From Promethearchaeota archaeon (GTDB taxonomy: Archaea > Asgardarchaeota > Lokiarchaeia > Sigyniarchaeales > SOKP01), in assembly GCA_011364925.1 (NCBI GenBank), contig RDOA01000003.1, forward strand, positions 64,001 through 128,000: DNA of 64,000 nt, in the 5' to 3' direction. Shown in pieces: positions 28,336-37,598 of the stretch (the first letter of the stretch is position 1; the number at the start of each line of letters is the position of its first letter). The notes beneath the pieces were generated by a model. That model was not told where the DNA came from and ran no database searches. It was given only the letters and a program-made list of their open reading frames with translations. The position numbers and the translations under genes were made by a program.

Positions 28336-29994
28336 TCACATTTTCCGCTTTTTAAGGTAACGATATGCTATGGCAATCACGGCAATTCCACCTATTATAG
28401 AAACAACTACAATTACTATAACTATAGTTGGATCAAATTCTCCGGGAAGATTCTTCCCTATCGTTACTTCAGCAGTTCCAATATTTCCTGCTATATCTAT
28501 TGCGTAAAACTTAATTGTAATAGCACCATCAGACATAGCACTCCAAGCAGATTGCGAGATGGTATCATCTTCTCCGGTAAACGTGTAATTATGCAAGCCA
28601 TCGTCAAGCGTGTACCACATCGAAACTACGTAAATATCACTGGCTGTTATAGAGAAAGTTGGCGCCGTATTCCCATATTTGCTGCCGTCTTGCGGAGAAT
28701 GAATAGTAAGAACTGGCGCTCCATCTTCCGCTAAAGGAAAATAATCAATGCTTCCGGCAGATCCACCTATATAAGTATAGGGATCGTCAACGATACCATC
28801 TACCGGACTAAAATCCGGATCAGTATGATTGTCCCAGTAATTACCGATAAAAGTGCTGCTCCATGCATTATCAATTCCATCATCGAACGCATGCACTCCA
28901 TTCTTTGAAAAGACATTTCGTTCATATATCGTGTTATTATCACTGTTATCAATATAGACACCAATAGTGTCATTATAGAGTAAATTTCTACGAACAGTAT
29001 TACGATCCGAAAAATCGTATATCCCTATTCCGTTTAATCCATTATAGCTTACGATATTATACGAAACTTTGTTGCCCTCACAATAATCGTACAATTCTAT
29101 TCCAATTTCTCCGTTGTAATTTGCAACATTGTTGTTAATGGAATTATCTTGACTATACCAATGTAATGATATTCCATAATCTTGAGTATCGTTTATGAAA
29201 TTATTCGAAATCTCATTATCCTCACAATAATAATATAAATATATACCATTATAGTTATTCTCTTTTATTATGTTTCCCGAGATAATGTTATCATTACTAT
29301 ATTCTTCCAGATATATCCCAGAATCTCCGTTTTCATTAAATGTATTGTTTAAAATCTTATTATTATCACAATTATACATATAAACCCCATTACCACCATT
29401 ATTGCTGACGCTGTTTCCCGAAATTGTGGTTAAATTACTATCTACTAAATAAATACCATCTAGTTGGTCATATATTGTATTGCCCGTGATGTTTATATTA
29501 TTGCAATCTTCTAACCTGATTCCATACCCTAAATGATGCATCATATTATCGGTTATTTGACCATGAGTTGTATTTCGTAAGTAAATCCCTGTCATGACTA
29601 TTGTATTAGTTAATTCGTTCCATTTGAAAGTACAATTTCTTATGATGAAATGTTTACTTTGAGAGTTATTAATTTTCAATCCGTCTATTCTCATAGACAT
29701 ATTCCAAATATTACTTTCAATGATATAGGGATCCAATAAGGTTCCTGACCCCGAACACCACTCTTGTGTCTCTGCCCACGCCCAATTACCTTCAGTTGTA
29801 GTATTAGAGATAAGAAGATCATCAATTATTATACTAGTATAAACTCCAGAAGTCTTAGGTTTTTTTACATTATTTACCTCATTCGATTGACCTGGTTTCA
29901 ATTCAGTATTGAAAAAAGAGTAATAATTAATAGTTAAAGAAAATACCAATCCGATTAAAAATAAGATTGCTAGCCTTTTTGTTTTAAATTTCAT
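28336..29994 (-). CDS. NosD-type parallel beta-helix surface protein with Ig-like domain and C-terminal TM anchor
   Basis: GSGT..DPYIIE, N.I.GN...N...GI.L repeats, GNYWD, WYTLD, YAIDIAGN, TM + KKRK. Confidence 0.85.
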   Translation of the reverse strand: MKFKTKRLAILFLIGLVFSLTINYYSFFNTELKPGQSNEVNNVKKPKTSGVYTSIIIDDLLISNTTTEGNWAWAETQEWCSGSGTLLDPYIIESNIWNMSMRIDGLKINNSQSKHFIIRNCTFKWNELTNTIVMTGIYLRNTTHGQITDNMMHHLGYGIRLEDCNNINITGNTIYDQLDGIYLVDSNLTTISGNSVSNNGGNGVYMYNCDNNKILNNTFNENGDSGIYLEEYSNDNIISGNIIKENNYNGIYLYYYCEDNEISNNFINDTQDYGISLHWYSQDNSINNNVANYNGEIGIELYDYCEGNKVSYNIVSYNGLNGIGIYDFSDRNTVRRNLLYNDTIGVYIDNSDNNTIYERNVFSKNGVHAFDDGIDNAWSSTFIGNYWDNHTDPDFSPVDGIVDDPYTYIGGSAGSIDYFPLAEDGAPVLTIHSPQDGSKYGNTAPTFSITASDIYVVSMWYTLDDGLHNYTFTGEDDTISQSAWSAMSDGAITIKFYAIDIAGNIGTAEVTIGKNLPGEFDPTIVIVIVVVSIIGGIAVIAIAYRYLKKRKM

Positions 29995-30201
29995 AATCTT
30001 ATTCCTATAGAGTGTTGAAGTACATTTATGTCAAGGATGTATATAAAAGTATGTAGAAGTATAAGTAAGATAAATATGTAGTAGTATCTTCCTTGATTCT
30101 ATCGAGAACGATCGATCAAAAAAGGATGCTATAAAACAACGGGATCGCTTGAAAAAGGGAAAATTTGAAAAGTATATCTTTCCACTAGCTCTGAATAATA
30201 A

Positions 30202-30765
30202 TTAGGTAGGCTTTCGTTTCCAAATTTTCATCGATTCAAAAATGAATACACAGGTGCAATAACTTATAAAAAACAAAAAAAGTAGGCTAGCTGGATTTGT
30301 TATAAACACATCACCATACAGGATTGCAAGATATGCGTACAATATTACACCTAAAATATTAATAACTAAGTATAAAGAATATCGGGGAATCATAAGAGGT
30401 CCTATGCGAAAGTAAAAACCTAATATGCCTTTTTTAACTCCTTCCTTTACAAAATATTTACCATCTTTATCTTTTTTTGAAATAATCCCTGCTTTCATTA
30501 ATTTATCTAATTGATATGCTACCGTTCCAGAAGAGACCATCTTTAATGCCTTCTGAATTTCCCTTACTCCCGCGCTATGATGAGTCAAAATGTACCAATA
30601 GATTTGTAGAGTCTTTCCTTGTAATATTTTTTTATGATTATTCTTTAGAGCTTCTGCTTCTACCTCAAGATCTGACATCGCAAGGAAGGTTTCATTGTTT
30701 GATTTAGATGATATAGGTGTTATTGCAGGACTTTCGTTTATATACTTTCGTCTTCTTGGGGTCAT
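30202..30765 (-). CDS. Membrane-anchored winged-helix transcription regulator (wHTH + 2 TM)
   Basis: TLQIYWYIL...GVREIQKAL..SSGTVAYQLDKL..AGII followed by two hydrophobic helices; 4-bp overlap with the upstream gene. Confidence 0.75.
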   Translation of the reverse strand: MTPRRRKYINESPAITPISSKSNNETFLAMSDLEVEAEALKNNHKKILQGKTLQIYWYILTHHSAGVREIQKALKMVSSGTVAYQLDKLMKAGIISKKDKDGKYFVKEGVKKGILGFYFRIGPLMIPRYSLYLVINILGVILYAYLAILYGDVFITNPASLLFLFFISYCTCVFIFESMKIWKRKPT

Positions 30766-32375
30766 AAAAACTCTATGTCCTCTTGAGGTTTTCTAAATCT
30801 TTTACGATTTTGATATATTATAAAAACAGAAACTGCAATGATTGTACTACTAATAACGAGAATAGTTGGCAAGTAATTTAACGATGGTGTAATGGGTGGG
30901 AGTGTACAATCATTATCTTCGATTACATTTCCTTGACAATTAAATTCAACGATGCATTCATCATTTCCTATTAAACTATTACCCGAAATAGTGTTATAAC
31001 TACTAGTGTAAAGAACTAATCCCCACTGGTTGTAATTTGCGGTGTTTCCCGAAATGGTGTTATAAATGCTTTCGATTAGAATTATCCCACATTCTATATT
31101 ATTAAGTGCGGTGTTTCCTGAGAGGGTGTTATAACTGCAACCTACTAAACATATCCCACTCCAATTATTGTTATTTACAATGTTTCCTGAAATGATATTA
31201 TTTTTACTATTTTCAAAACAAATCCCATGAAACCTTTTAATGTTATTCGCCGTGTTTTCTGAAATAGTATTATTGTCACAATTGATTAAATATAGCCCAC
31301 CATAATAGTAATTGTAATTAGCAACGTTTCCCGAAATAGTATTATTATTGCTATCCCATATCATTAACCCCGAGCAATTATTAGTATTTGCGGCATTTTC
31401 TGAAATATAATTGTTATTACTATTGTCTAAGAATATCCCATAATAGGTGTTGTTATTCACGGTGTTTCCCGAAATAACACTATTATTACAATAATGTAAT
31501 GAAATACCAATAGTAGTATAAGATATGTTCAAGTTTGATATTAATGACCCACTGCAGTTGACTAAAATCAATTGTCCAGCATTTGGAAAATCGGTTGATC
31601 TTAGATTTTCTTGGTTAGTACAATAATATACTGGTTTGCCATTCACTAGATTTGTTGTATCTATCTCAGTTGAAAGTAATATCTCAAGATTTCCAATTAT
31701 TCTAAACCCACATTCATACATTAAATTTTCCGTAAAAACATTATTAAAACCTTTAGTTTGGTCCGATAGCCATCCCTGCAACGCAATTCCAGAATAGGTA
31801 TTACTTATCGTGTTTCCTGAAATGGTATTGTTACCACTACCGTATAAAGCTATCCCATAACCATAATTATCTTTTACGATATTTCCTGAAATGATGCTAT
31901 TATTACAATTCCATAAACGGATTCCCTTATTGTTATTATTGGAACAATTATTGTTAAGTAGTTGTCCATTATTTACATCAACTAATTTTATTCCAGCATC
32001 GTCAAAACCTTCTCCAGAATTAAAAAGAGTACAATTTTCAATTCGAAAATAAACTTCGGAATTATCAATCCAGATGCAACTTCCCGAATTTTCACCATCT
32101 ATTTCTAAATCTTCAATAATATAAGGATCAGAATAAATCCCATTCCCCGTACATATTCCATCTTCTTTAGCAACCGTCCAATTAATACTTGGATTGTCAT
32201 CATCTATATGAATTTTTCCTGATACTGCTGGGGTTTTTGGTTTTTCGTTGTCAGAATCAATTACCTCATTGTCATCAGGAATAAAACTTGAATTAATATT
32301 AATCATTCCCACTAAAGCGAAAATGATTCCTAAAGTGATTAAAACTGTTATTATTAATTTTGCATTTGATTTCAT
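30762..32375 (-). CDS. NosD-type parallel beta-helix surface protein, membrane-anchored
   Basis: GNG..SDPYIIEDL, NLVNGKPVYY, repeated NTISGN..N.N..GI, C-terminal TM. Confidence 0.85.
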   Translation of the reverse strand: MKSNAKLIITVLITLGIIFALVGMININSSFIPDDNEVIDSDNEKPKTPAVSGKIHIDDDNPSINWTVAKEDGICTGNGIYSDPYIIEDLEIDGENSGSCIWIDNSEVYFRIENCTLFNSGEGFDDAGIKLVDVNNGQLLNNNCSNNNNKGIRLWNCNNSIISGNIVKDNYGYGIALYGSGNNTISGNTISNTYSGIALQGWLSDQTKGFNNVFTENLMYECGFRIIGNLEILLSTEIDTTNLVNGKPVYYCTNQENLRSTDFPNAGQLILVNCSGSLISNLNISYTTIGISLHYCNNSVISGNTVNNNTYYGIFLDNSNNNYISENAANTNNCSGLMIWDSNNNTISGNVANYNYYYGGLYLINCDNNTISENTANNIKRFHGICFENSKNNIISGNIVNNNNWSGICLVGCSYNTLSGNTALNNIECGIILIESIYNTISGNTANYNQWGLVLYTSSYNTISGNSLIGNDECIVEFNCQGNVIEDNDCTLPPITPSLNYLPTILVISSTIIAVSVFIIYQNRKRFRKPQEDIEFL

Positions 32376-32466
32376 TTTGGTTTCACCATTATTATTTAGT
32401 GTTTCTAAAATTTGATTTTTAAGACATATTTGTCAAATAATTAATTAATTTATTATTTTAAAAAAG

Positions 32467-32507
32467 TATTTTTTGAACACTCTGTTCTGAGATTTGAATA
32501 ATTCAAT
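32467..32507 (-). promoter_or_regulatory. Shared upstream motif with GAACA/TGTTC half-sites, copy 1
   Basis: TATTTTTTGAACA-CTC-TGTTC-N8-GAATAATTCAA; homologous to 33207-33257. Confidence 0.45.
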
Positions 32508-32602
32508 ACTATCATTTGATTATTTTTTTTGAATCTCTTTAACCAAAATTGAATTTTATAAGTCTATGGCAAATCTTGTCTAAAGTACGGTTGTGCTGAA
32601 CA

Positions 32603-33109
32603 CTACTTGATAGATGGATGATGTGGATCTCTTGTAATGTTAAAAGTAACTGTTACTGGATCTTGTAAATCATACCCGATCCATATCTTATATGTCTCTA
32701 CCATATCAAAAATTACAAAAACAATTTTCGTCTTTGGGTCCCTATGAACTTCACCGCCTCTTATTTCAATAAAATATTCCGTACCATCCACATCCCACCA
32801 AAATTGAAACTTATATTCCCATGGCATATTGCGCCCAAAACTGTTCATAAATATCTTGCCAGTATGTTCTCCGCGAAATTCAGGTGAAAATTCATCAGAC
32901 AAAGTCATCGTGTATTCTGGATTTGGACCTGCATTCGGACAACAGCCTGCTATTTCCTGTGAGCCTTCCAAGTCCCCGGTGAAGGTTATCAACTCGGTAT
33001 TTGTTCCTCGTTTACTTAAACCAGAACTTACGAAAATCATAGTAATTGAAAGAATTAAGGTAATTGAAAGAATTACTAGTGAAATTCTTTTAGATTCCAT
33101 AAAGACCAC
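32603..33109 (-). CDS. Exported/membrane-anchored hypothetical protein
   Basis: N-terminal hydrophobic segment; beta-rich domain with a CC pair. Confidence 0.65.
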   Translation of the reverse strand: MVFMESKRISLVILSITLILSITMIFVSSGLSKRGTNTELITFTGDLEGSQEIAGCCPNAGPNPEYTMTLSDEFSPEFRGEHTGKIFMNSFGRNMPWEYKFQFWWDVDGTEYFIEIRGGEVHRDPKTKIVFVIFDMVETYKIWIGYDLQDPVTVTFNITRDPHHPSIK

Positions 33110-33206
33110 CTCCTTGTTTATTAGGTTTGAATGTGATTTTAAACTTTTTTTTCCATTATTGTATAAAATTGCTTATTATACAATTATGTCTTTTATGTAA
33201 TAATAC

Positions 33207-33257
33207 TATTTTTTGAACAACATCTAAATCACTGTTCAGTAATTAGAACAACTCAAA
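33207..33257 (-). promoter_or_regulatory. Shared upstream motif with GAACA/TGTTC half-sites, copy 2
   Basis: TATTTTTTGAACA-N13-TGTTC-N8-GAACAACTCAA. Confidence 0.45.
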
Positions 33258-33439
33258 AATTCCCCTTCAATTGTTTTAAAAACGAGTGTTTTTTGCGAAC
33301 AGTGTTAAACTCTTTTCTGTTCATTTAAGCTATAAGGAATTTCTCATAATATTAAGGTAAAAGTAACTAATAAAATTGAAGAAGTTATTATTAAAAATAA
33401 AGCCTTCAATCAAGTTTGAGATTAAATGTTAATAAGACT

Positions 33440-33940
33440 CTATTCAGGTATGATTATTGATGTATCTTCCTTAATTCTATCAAGGACAATTTGAGTCTTT
33501 ACTTCTTCCACTCCCGGAAGGTTTCGCAACTGTTTAATCAGTTCCATTGAATCTTCGTGATCCATACATTTAGCCATAACAAACAGAGGATATTCACCAG
33601 TTACTATGTATCCATATTTTATTTTTTCCATTTTTTCAATTTTACTCTTAATATCCTCAATTGGTTGCTTAGAGTTCACTCTCAAGGAAGCCATAACCAT
33701 TTCCCGATATCCTAAATAACGACAATCTATTAAAGCAACGTATTTTTTAATTAAAAGTTCTTCTAATTTTTGGACTCGAGCTCTAATAGCTGTCGCACTT
33801 TTAGGTTTGTCTAAGCCTAACTTTTCTGACACTTTTTCGGCAATCTTATTTATAGTTATTTTTCCATCCTGTTGTAATAAGTCTAGGATCTCTCTATCAA
33901 TCTCATCGATTTCAATTGGTTTAAAATTATCAGCTGCCAT
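33440..33940 (-). CDS. Lrp/AsnC family transcription regulator, divergent from the tusA-hdr operon
   Basis: IDEIDREILDLLQQDGK HTH; VTGEYPL; LPGVEEVKTQIVL. Confidence 0.9.
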   Translation of the reverse strand: MAADNFKPIEIDEIDREILDLLQQDGKITINKIAEKVSEKLGLDKPKSATAIRARVQKLEELLIKKYVALIDCRYLGYREMVMASLRVNSKQPIEDIKSKIEKMEKIKYGYIVTGEYPLFVMAKCMDHEDSMELIKQLRNLPGVEEVKTQIVLDRIKEDTSIIIPE

Positions 33941-34180
33941 TATAAAACTCCCAATTTTTGTTATTCAATAATAAAATAGTGCACACTTATTTATAACTTT
34001 TTTCACTATGATCTGTGATCAACTTAGTTTTTTTTTGTGAATTTTGTGGGATTTATAAATAGAAAAACTATTATTTAAATAGTGGGAAGCATTTTTGATC
34101 CACAAGGAATATCAAATTTAAACTTTATTTGGTATTAAAACTGAAAAAAATAGAAAAAATATCTAGAGAAGTTGAAAAAA

Positions 34181-34405
34181 ATGGCAGATAAAACACTTAA
34201 TGCAATAGGTAAAAAATGCCCTATGCCTGTTCTCATGACCAAAAAAGAGCTAAAAAACATGAGTTCAGGACAAACTCTTGAATTGGTTGTCGATGATAAA
34301 GGAGCATTAAAAGATGTTCCGGCACTTATCAGTAAAACCGGTGATTCAATACTCGAGACGAAAGAAGGCGAAAACCAGATAACATTTATGATTAAAAAGG
34401 CTTAA
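34181..34405 (+). CDS. tusA: Sulfurtransferase TusA/SirA family, copy 1
   Basis: LNAIGKKCPMPVL (CPxP), LELVVDD...DVP. Confidence 0.9.
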   Translation: MADKTLNAIGKKCPMPVLMTKKELKNMSSGQTLELVVDDKGALKDVPALISKTGDSILETKEGENQITFMIKKA

Positions 34406-34434
34406 ACCAGAGATTAAAACACGCGTGATGTACA

Positions 34435-34803
34435 ATGACAACCTATTCTTTTTTTATTAGTACGGAACCTTACAAATTTGAAGCAAGCGATTCGTTAATC
34501 GAAATGGGTAAAGCTTTAATAAAGAAGGGACACAGTATAAAGGGTTTATTTTTCTTTGGAACTGGCGTATATAACATCAAGGGCGATATTAGTAGTGGAA
34601 GCTCAATAAGAAACATTCCAAAAAAGCTTGAAGAGTTTGCGACTGAGAACAAGATTCCAGTGGTTGGATGTTCCACTTGGGTAAGTTTGACTGGGTTAAA
34701 AGAACCAGAGTTTATTGAAGGGGCAACGGAAGAGGGATTAGGCGACTTTTCAAATTGGGCTGTAGAATCAGACAAATTAATTGTATTTGGAGCGGGGTGT
34801 TAA
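34435..34803 (+). CDS. dsrE: DsrE/TusD-like sulfur relay subunit
   Basis: KGHSIKGLFFFGTGVYN, active-site-position Cys (VGCSTW), GLGDF...SDKLIVF. Confidence 0.75.
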   Translation: MTTYSFFISTEPYKFEASDSLIEMGKALIKKGHSIKGLFFFGTGVYNIKGDISSGSSIRNIPKKLEEFATENKIPVVGCSTWVSLTGLKEPEFIEGATEEGLGDFSNWAVESDKLIVFGAGC

Positions 34804-35177
34804 AAATAACAATAGAATCTGTAGTAATAATAACTGACCAAGGACCGATTGGTAAAAATTCAGCTTTAGAAGCAGTCCGTATTGGTTCCGGATTCGTAGC
34901 ACTCGGTGAATTTGTGGACTGCAAAATGGTATTTACAGGAGACGCAGTTTACTTGCTCAATAAAAACGCAAAACCAGAAGCGGTTGGAATGGATCCATAC
35001 GACGAGGTTATGGAAATTGCAGACTTATCAGACTTAGAATTATACGTTCTTGATCAAGCGTTACAAGACGCTGGAATGAGTGCTGAAGATTTAGTTGAGT
35101 ACGAAAATTTGAGCATAATTACATACGACGAACTAGTCGATTTAATTGAAAATGCAACTACGAGTTTTAGATTTTAA
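34797..35177 (+). CDS. dsrF: DsrF/TusC-like subunit (start uncertain, ~34797-34806)
   Basis: GPIGKNSALEAVR, VFTGDAVYLL, C-terminal LVDLIE...F. Confidence 0.7.
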   Translation: MLKITIESVVIITDQGPIGKNSALEAVRIGSGFVALGEFVDCKMVFTGDAVYLLNKNAKPEAVGMDPYDEVMEIADLSDLELYVLDQALQDAGMSAEDLVEYENLSIITYDELVDLIENATTSFRF

Positions 35178-35193
35178 ACGAGGAGAATAAATA

Positions 35194-35535
35194 ATGGCTG
35201 AAAACAGAAAAATATTGTATTTATTTGGATATAGTGAAATAACAGGAACACATTTGAAGCGGTTATTACCCATTTTAAAAGCACAGATTGCCAAAGGGTC
35301 TCAAATTGGACTCGTGTTGATTCACGACGGCGTAATCGGGATTAACAAAAAAGGGAATATCCCCGAGATGATGGGCGAACTACTTAGCTTGAATGTAGCA
35401 ATTTACGCAATGATACCTGATTTGCAAGCTCGAGGGATTGCTCAAGAAAGTATTCACGACAAGGTTAAGCCGATTGGATATGACGAACTAATCGATATTA
35501 TTGATGTAACACCAAAAATAATATCTTGGATGTAA
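35194..35535 (+). CDS. dsrH: DsrH/TusB-like subunit
   Basis: LVLIHDGV, DLQARG, IGYDELIDII...ISW. Confidence 0.75.
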   Translation: MAENRKILYLFGYSEITGTHLKRLLPILKAQIAKGSQIGLVLIHDGVIGINKKGNIPEMMGELLSLNVAIYAMIPDLQARGIAQESIHDKVKPIGYDELIDIIDVTPKIISWM

Positions 35536-35649
35536 AAAGTCCAAGAAATCAAAATAGATTTTTTGAAAATTAAGGTAATAAAATATTACAAAATTTTGGA
35601 ATATAAAATAATTAGAAATTAAAAAAACAAAAAAAAGAAGTGAAAAAAT

Positions 35650-36066
35650 ATGGGAGAAACTATTAACTTTATAGTTAAGGACAAGTCATTCGAAAAATTC
35701 GCAATGATGATGCTCCTAGGTACCACAGCAGACGCGATGGACACTAAAACCAACTTTTTCTTTACATTTTGGGGTTTAAAATTATTAACTAAGAAATTTA
35801 AACCGAAAGTCGCTGGTATGCCTTTTCCAATGAAGGGAATGGCTGCAGGCATGTTCAAGAAAAAGATGGCTACATTTGGAATCGAAGATCCATGGGGTAT
35901 GATTAAAGACGCTGTCGAGAATGGAAACATGAAATTATTTCCATGCCAAATGACAATGGATTTAATGGGGATTAAGAGAGAAGATCTGATTGACATTGTT
36001 GAAGAGCCTGTGGGTGCCGCAACTTTCTTAGAGATGAGTGAAGGTGGAAAAATAGTCTCACTATAA
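35650..36066 (+). CDS. DsrE2-like (DsrE/DsrF/DrsH-like family) sulfurtransferase
   Basis: FFTFWGL, PCQMTMDLMGI, GAATFLE. Confidence 0.85.
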   Translation: MGETINFIVKDKSFEKFAMMMLLGTTADAMDTKTNFFFTFWGLKLLTKKFKPKVAGMPFPMKGMAAGMFKKKMATFGIEDPWGMIKDAVENGNMKLFPCQMTMDLMGIKREDLIDIVEEPVGAATFLEMSEGGKIVSL

Positions 36067-36119
36067 AATATACATTAAAATTTTTTTTTTTTTTCAAGAT
36101 AATAAATTGGTGAATGTAA

Positions 36120-36680
36120 ATGTCTGATGTAGAAGAACAACAAAAAAATAGAGAATTCAAGACGGATGATGATTTCGATACTGAATTCTTTAAGAGAATA
36201 GAAAATAGGTCAAACATTATGAAATGTATCCAATGTGGAACGTGTACCGCGAGTTGTGAAAGTGGTAGATGGACTGCATTAAAAACTCGTTCGATTGTAC
36301 GAAAAGTTGTTCTCGGAGATTTATCAGTACTGGATGACCCGGATATTTGGCTCTGTACGACCTGTTATCAGTGTTATGAGCGATGTCCACGGGATGTAAA
36401 ACCAACAGATGTTATTATGGAATTGCGAAATTACGCAACCAAACGAGGAAATATCTCACCTAACCATAGAGCTGTTGTTGGTTACTTAAAAAATTTTGGC
36501 CACGCAGTACCGATAAATGATGAAGTAAGAAAAAGACGAGTCGAATTAGGTTTAGAAGAATTACCTCCAACTGCTTTTAAATACAAGCAAGAAGGAGATG
36601 ATAAAGACTTAAAAAAGATTGAAAAATATATGTTTGATTTACCTCCCGTTAAGGAGGAAAAAAAAGGAGAGGAGAAATAA
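36120..36680 (+). CDS. hdrC: Heterodisulfide reductase subunit C
   Basis: CIQCGTCTASC, IWLCTTCYQCYERCPRDV, GHAVP. Confidence 0.92.
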   Translation: MSDVEEQQKNREFKTDDDFDTEFFKRIENRSNIMKCIQCGTCTASCESGRWTALKTRSIVRKVVLGDLSVLDDPDIWLCTTCYQCYERCPRDVKPTDVIMELRNYATKRGNISPNHRAVVGYLKNFGHAVPINDEVRKRRVELGLEELPPTAFKYKQEGDDKDLKKIEKYMFDLPPVKEEKKGEEK

Positions 36681-36683
36681 ATA

Positions 36684-37598
36684 ATGGTTAAAGAACATAC
36701 ATTTGCTTTTTTCCTCGGATGTATCATGCCCAATAGATATCCTGCGATTGAGAAAGCAACTAAATTCGTGATGGAGAAGCTTGGATATGAAATATTGGAA
36801 ATGGAGAGGGCTACTTGCTGTCCAGCTCCAGGAGTATTCCGTTCATTCAATAAATTTGATTGGATGGTTGCGGGAGCTAGAAATTTATGCATTGCTGAAC
36901 AATTAGATGCTGATATTCTTACTGTTTGTAATGGATGTTTTGGTACACTCCAAGAAATTAACAAACATCTTAAAGAAAACGAGGAACATCGAATACAAGT
37001 AAATGAGAAACTGAAACTCCTCGGAGACTACGAATTCAAGGGGATAATTGACGTTCGTCATGTTGCCGAAGTACTTGGATACGAAGTTGGACCTTGGGGG
37101 ATAGAAGACCATATAGTAAGAAAGCTGAATTTGAAAGCTGCAATTCATTACGGGTGCCACTTTCTAAAACCAACCAGAATTAGAGAAATTGAGAGTTCAG
37201 AAGGACCTACAATAATCGAAGATTTCGTTGAAGCGTTAGGAATAGAGTCCGTTCGGTTCAAAGAGCAACTTACTTGCTGTGGAGCGGGTGGTGGCGTAAA
37301 AGCTTATTCTGGCGATGCGAGCATGACCATATTCGGGGAGAAAATGAAAAATATTGATGAAGTTAAACCTGATATTATATTAGATATCTGTCCATTCTGT
37401 CACTTACAGTTTGAGACAGGTCAAGATTATCTCAACAAAAATAAGGAATGTAATTACGATTATCCAGTGTTCCATCTTTCGCAAGTTTTAGCATATTGTA
37501 TGGGAATGGATGTAGACTTTATTGGCCTTCAGTATCAAATGATGGGCAGGGACTTTATTTTTGGTGGAGAAGATGTTAAAAAAGAGGAGGCAATTTAA
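36684..37598 (+). CDS. hdrB: Heterodisulfide reductase subunit B
   Basis: FFLGCIMPNRYP, TCCPAPG, CNGC, HYGCH, CCGAGGG, CPFCHLQ. Confidence 0.93.
   Translation: MVKEHTFAFFLGCIMPNRYPAIEKATKFVMEKLGYEILEMERATCCPAPGVFRSFNKFDWMVAGARNLCIAEQLDADILTVCNGCFGTLQEINKHLKENEEHRIQVNEKLKLLGDYEFKGIIDVRHVAEVLGYEVGPWGIEDHIVRKLNLKAAIHYGCHFLKPTRIREIESSEGPTIIEDFVEALGIESVRFKEQLTCCGAGGGVKAYSGDASMTIFGEKMKNIDEVKPDIILDICPFCHLQFETGQDYLNKNKECNYDYPVFHLSQVLAYCMGMDVDFIGLQYQMMGRDFIFGGEDVKKEEAI

Noticed and set aside
30095-30140. GATTCTATCGA-GAACGATCGA resembling the cargo direct repeats
   Set aside because: Repeat period and TATA spacing differ, there is no hairpin, and no plus-strand gene follows.
28336-32375. NosD as evidence of nitrous-oxide reduction
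   Set aside because: Only the generic beta-helix repeat is present; there are no nosZ/nosF/nosY genes, and such surface proteins are common in these archaea.
34003-34018. TCAC-N8-GTGA as the Lrp operator
   Set aside because: A single weak palindrome in AT-rich DNA with no independent support.
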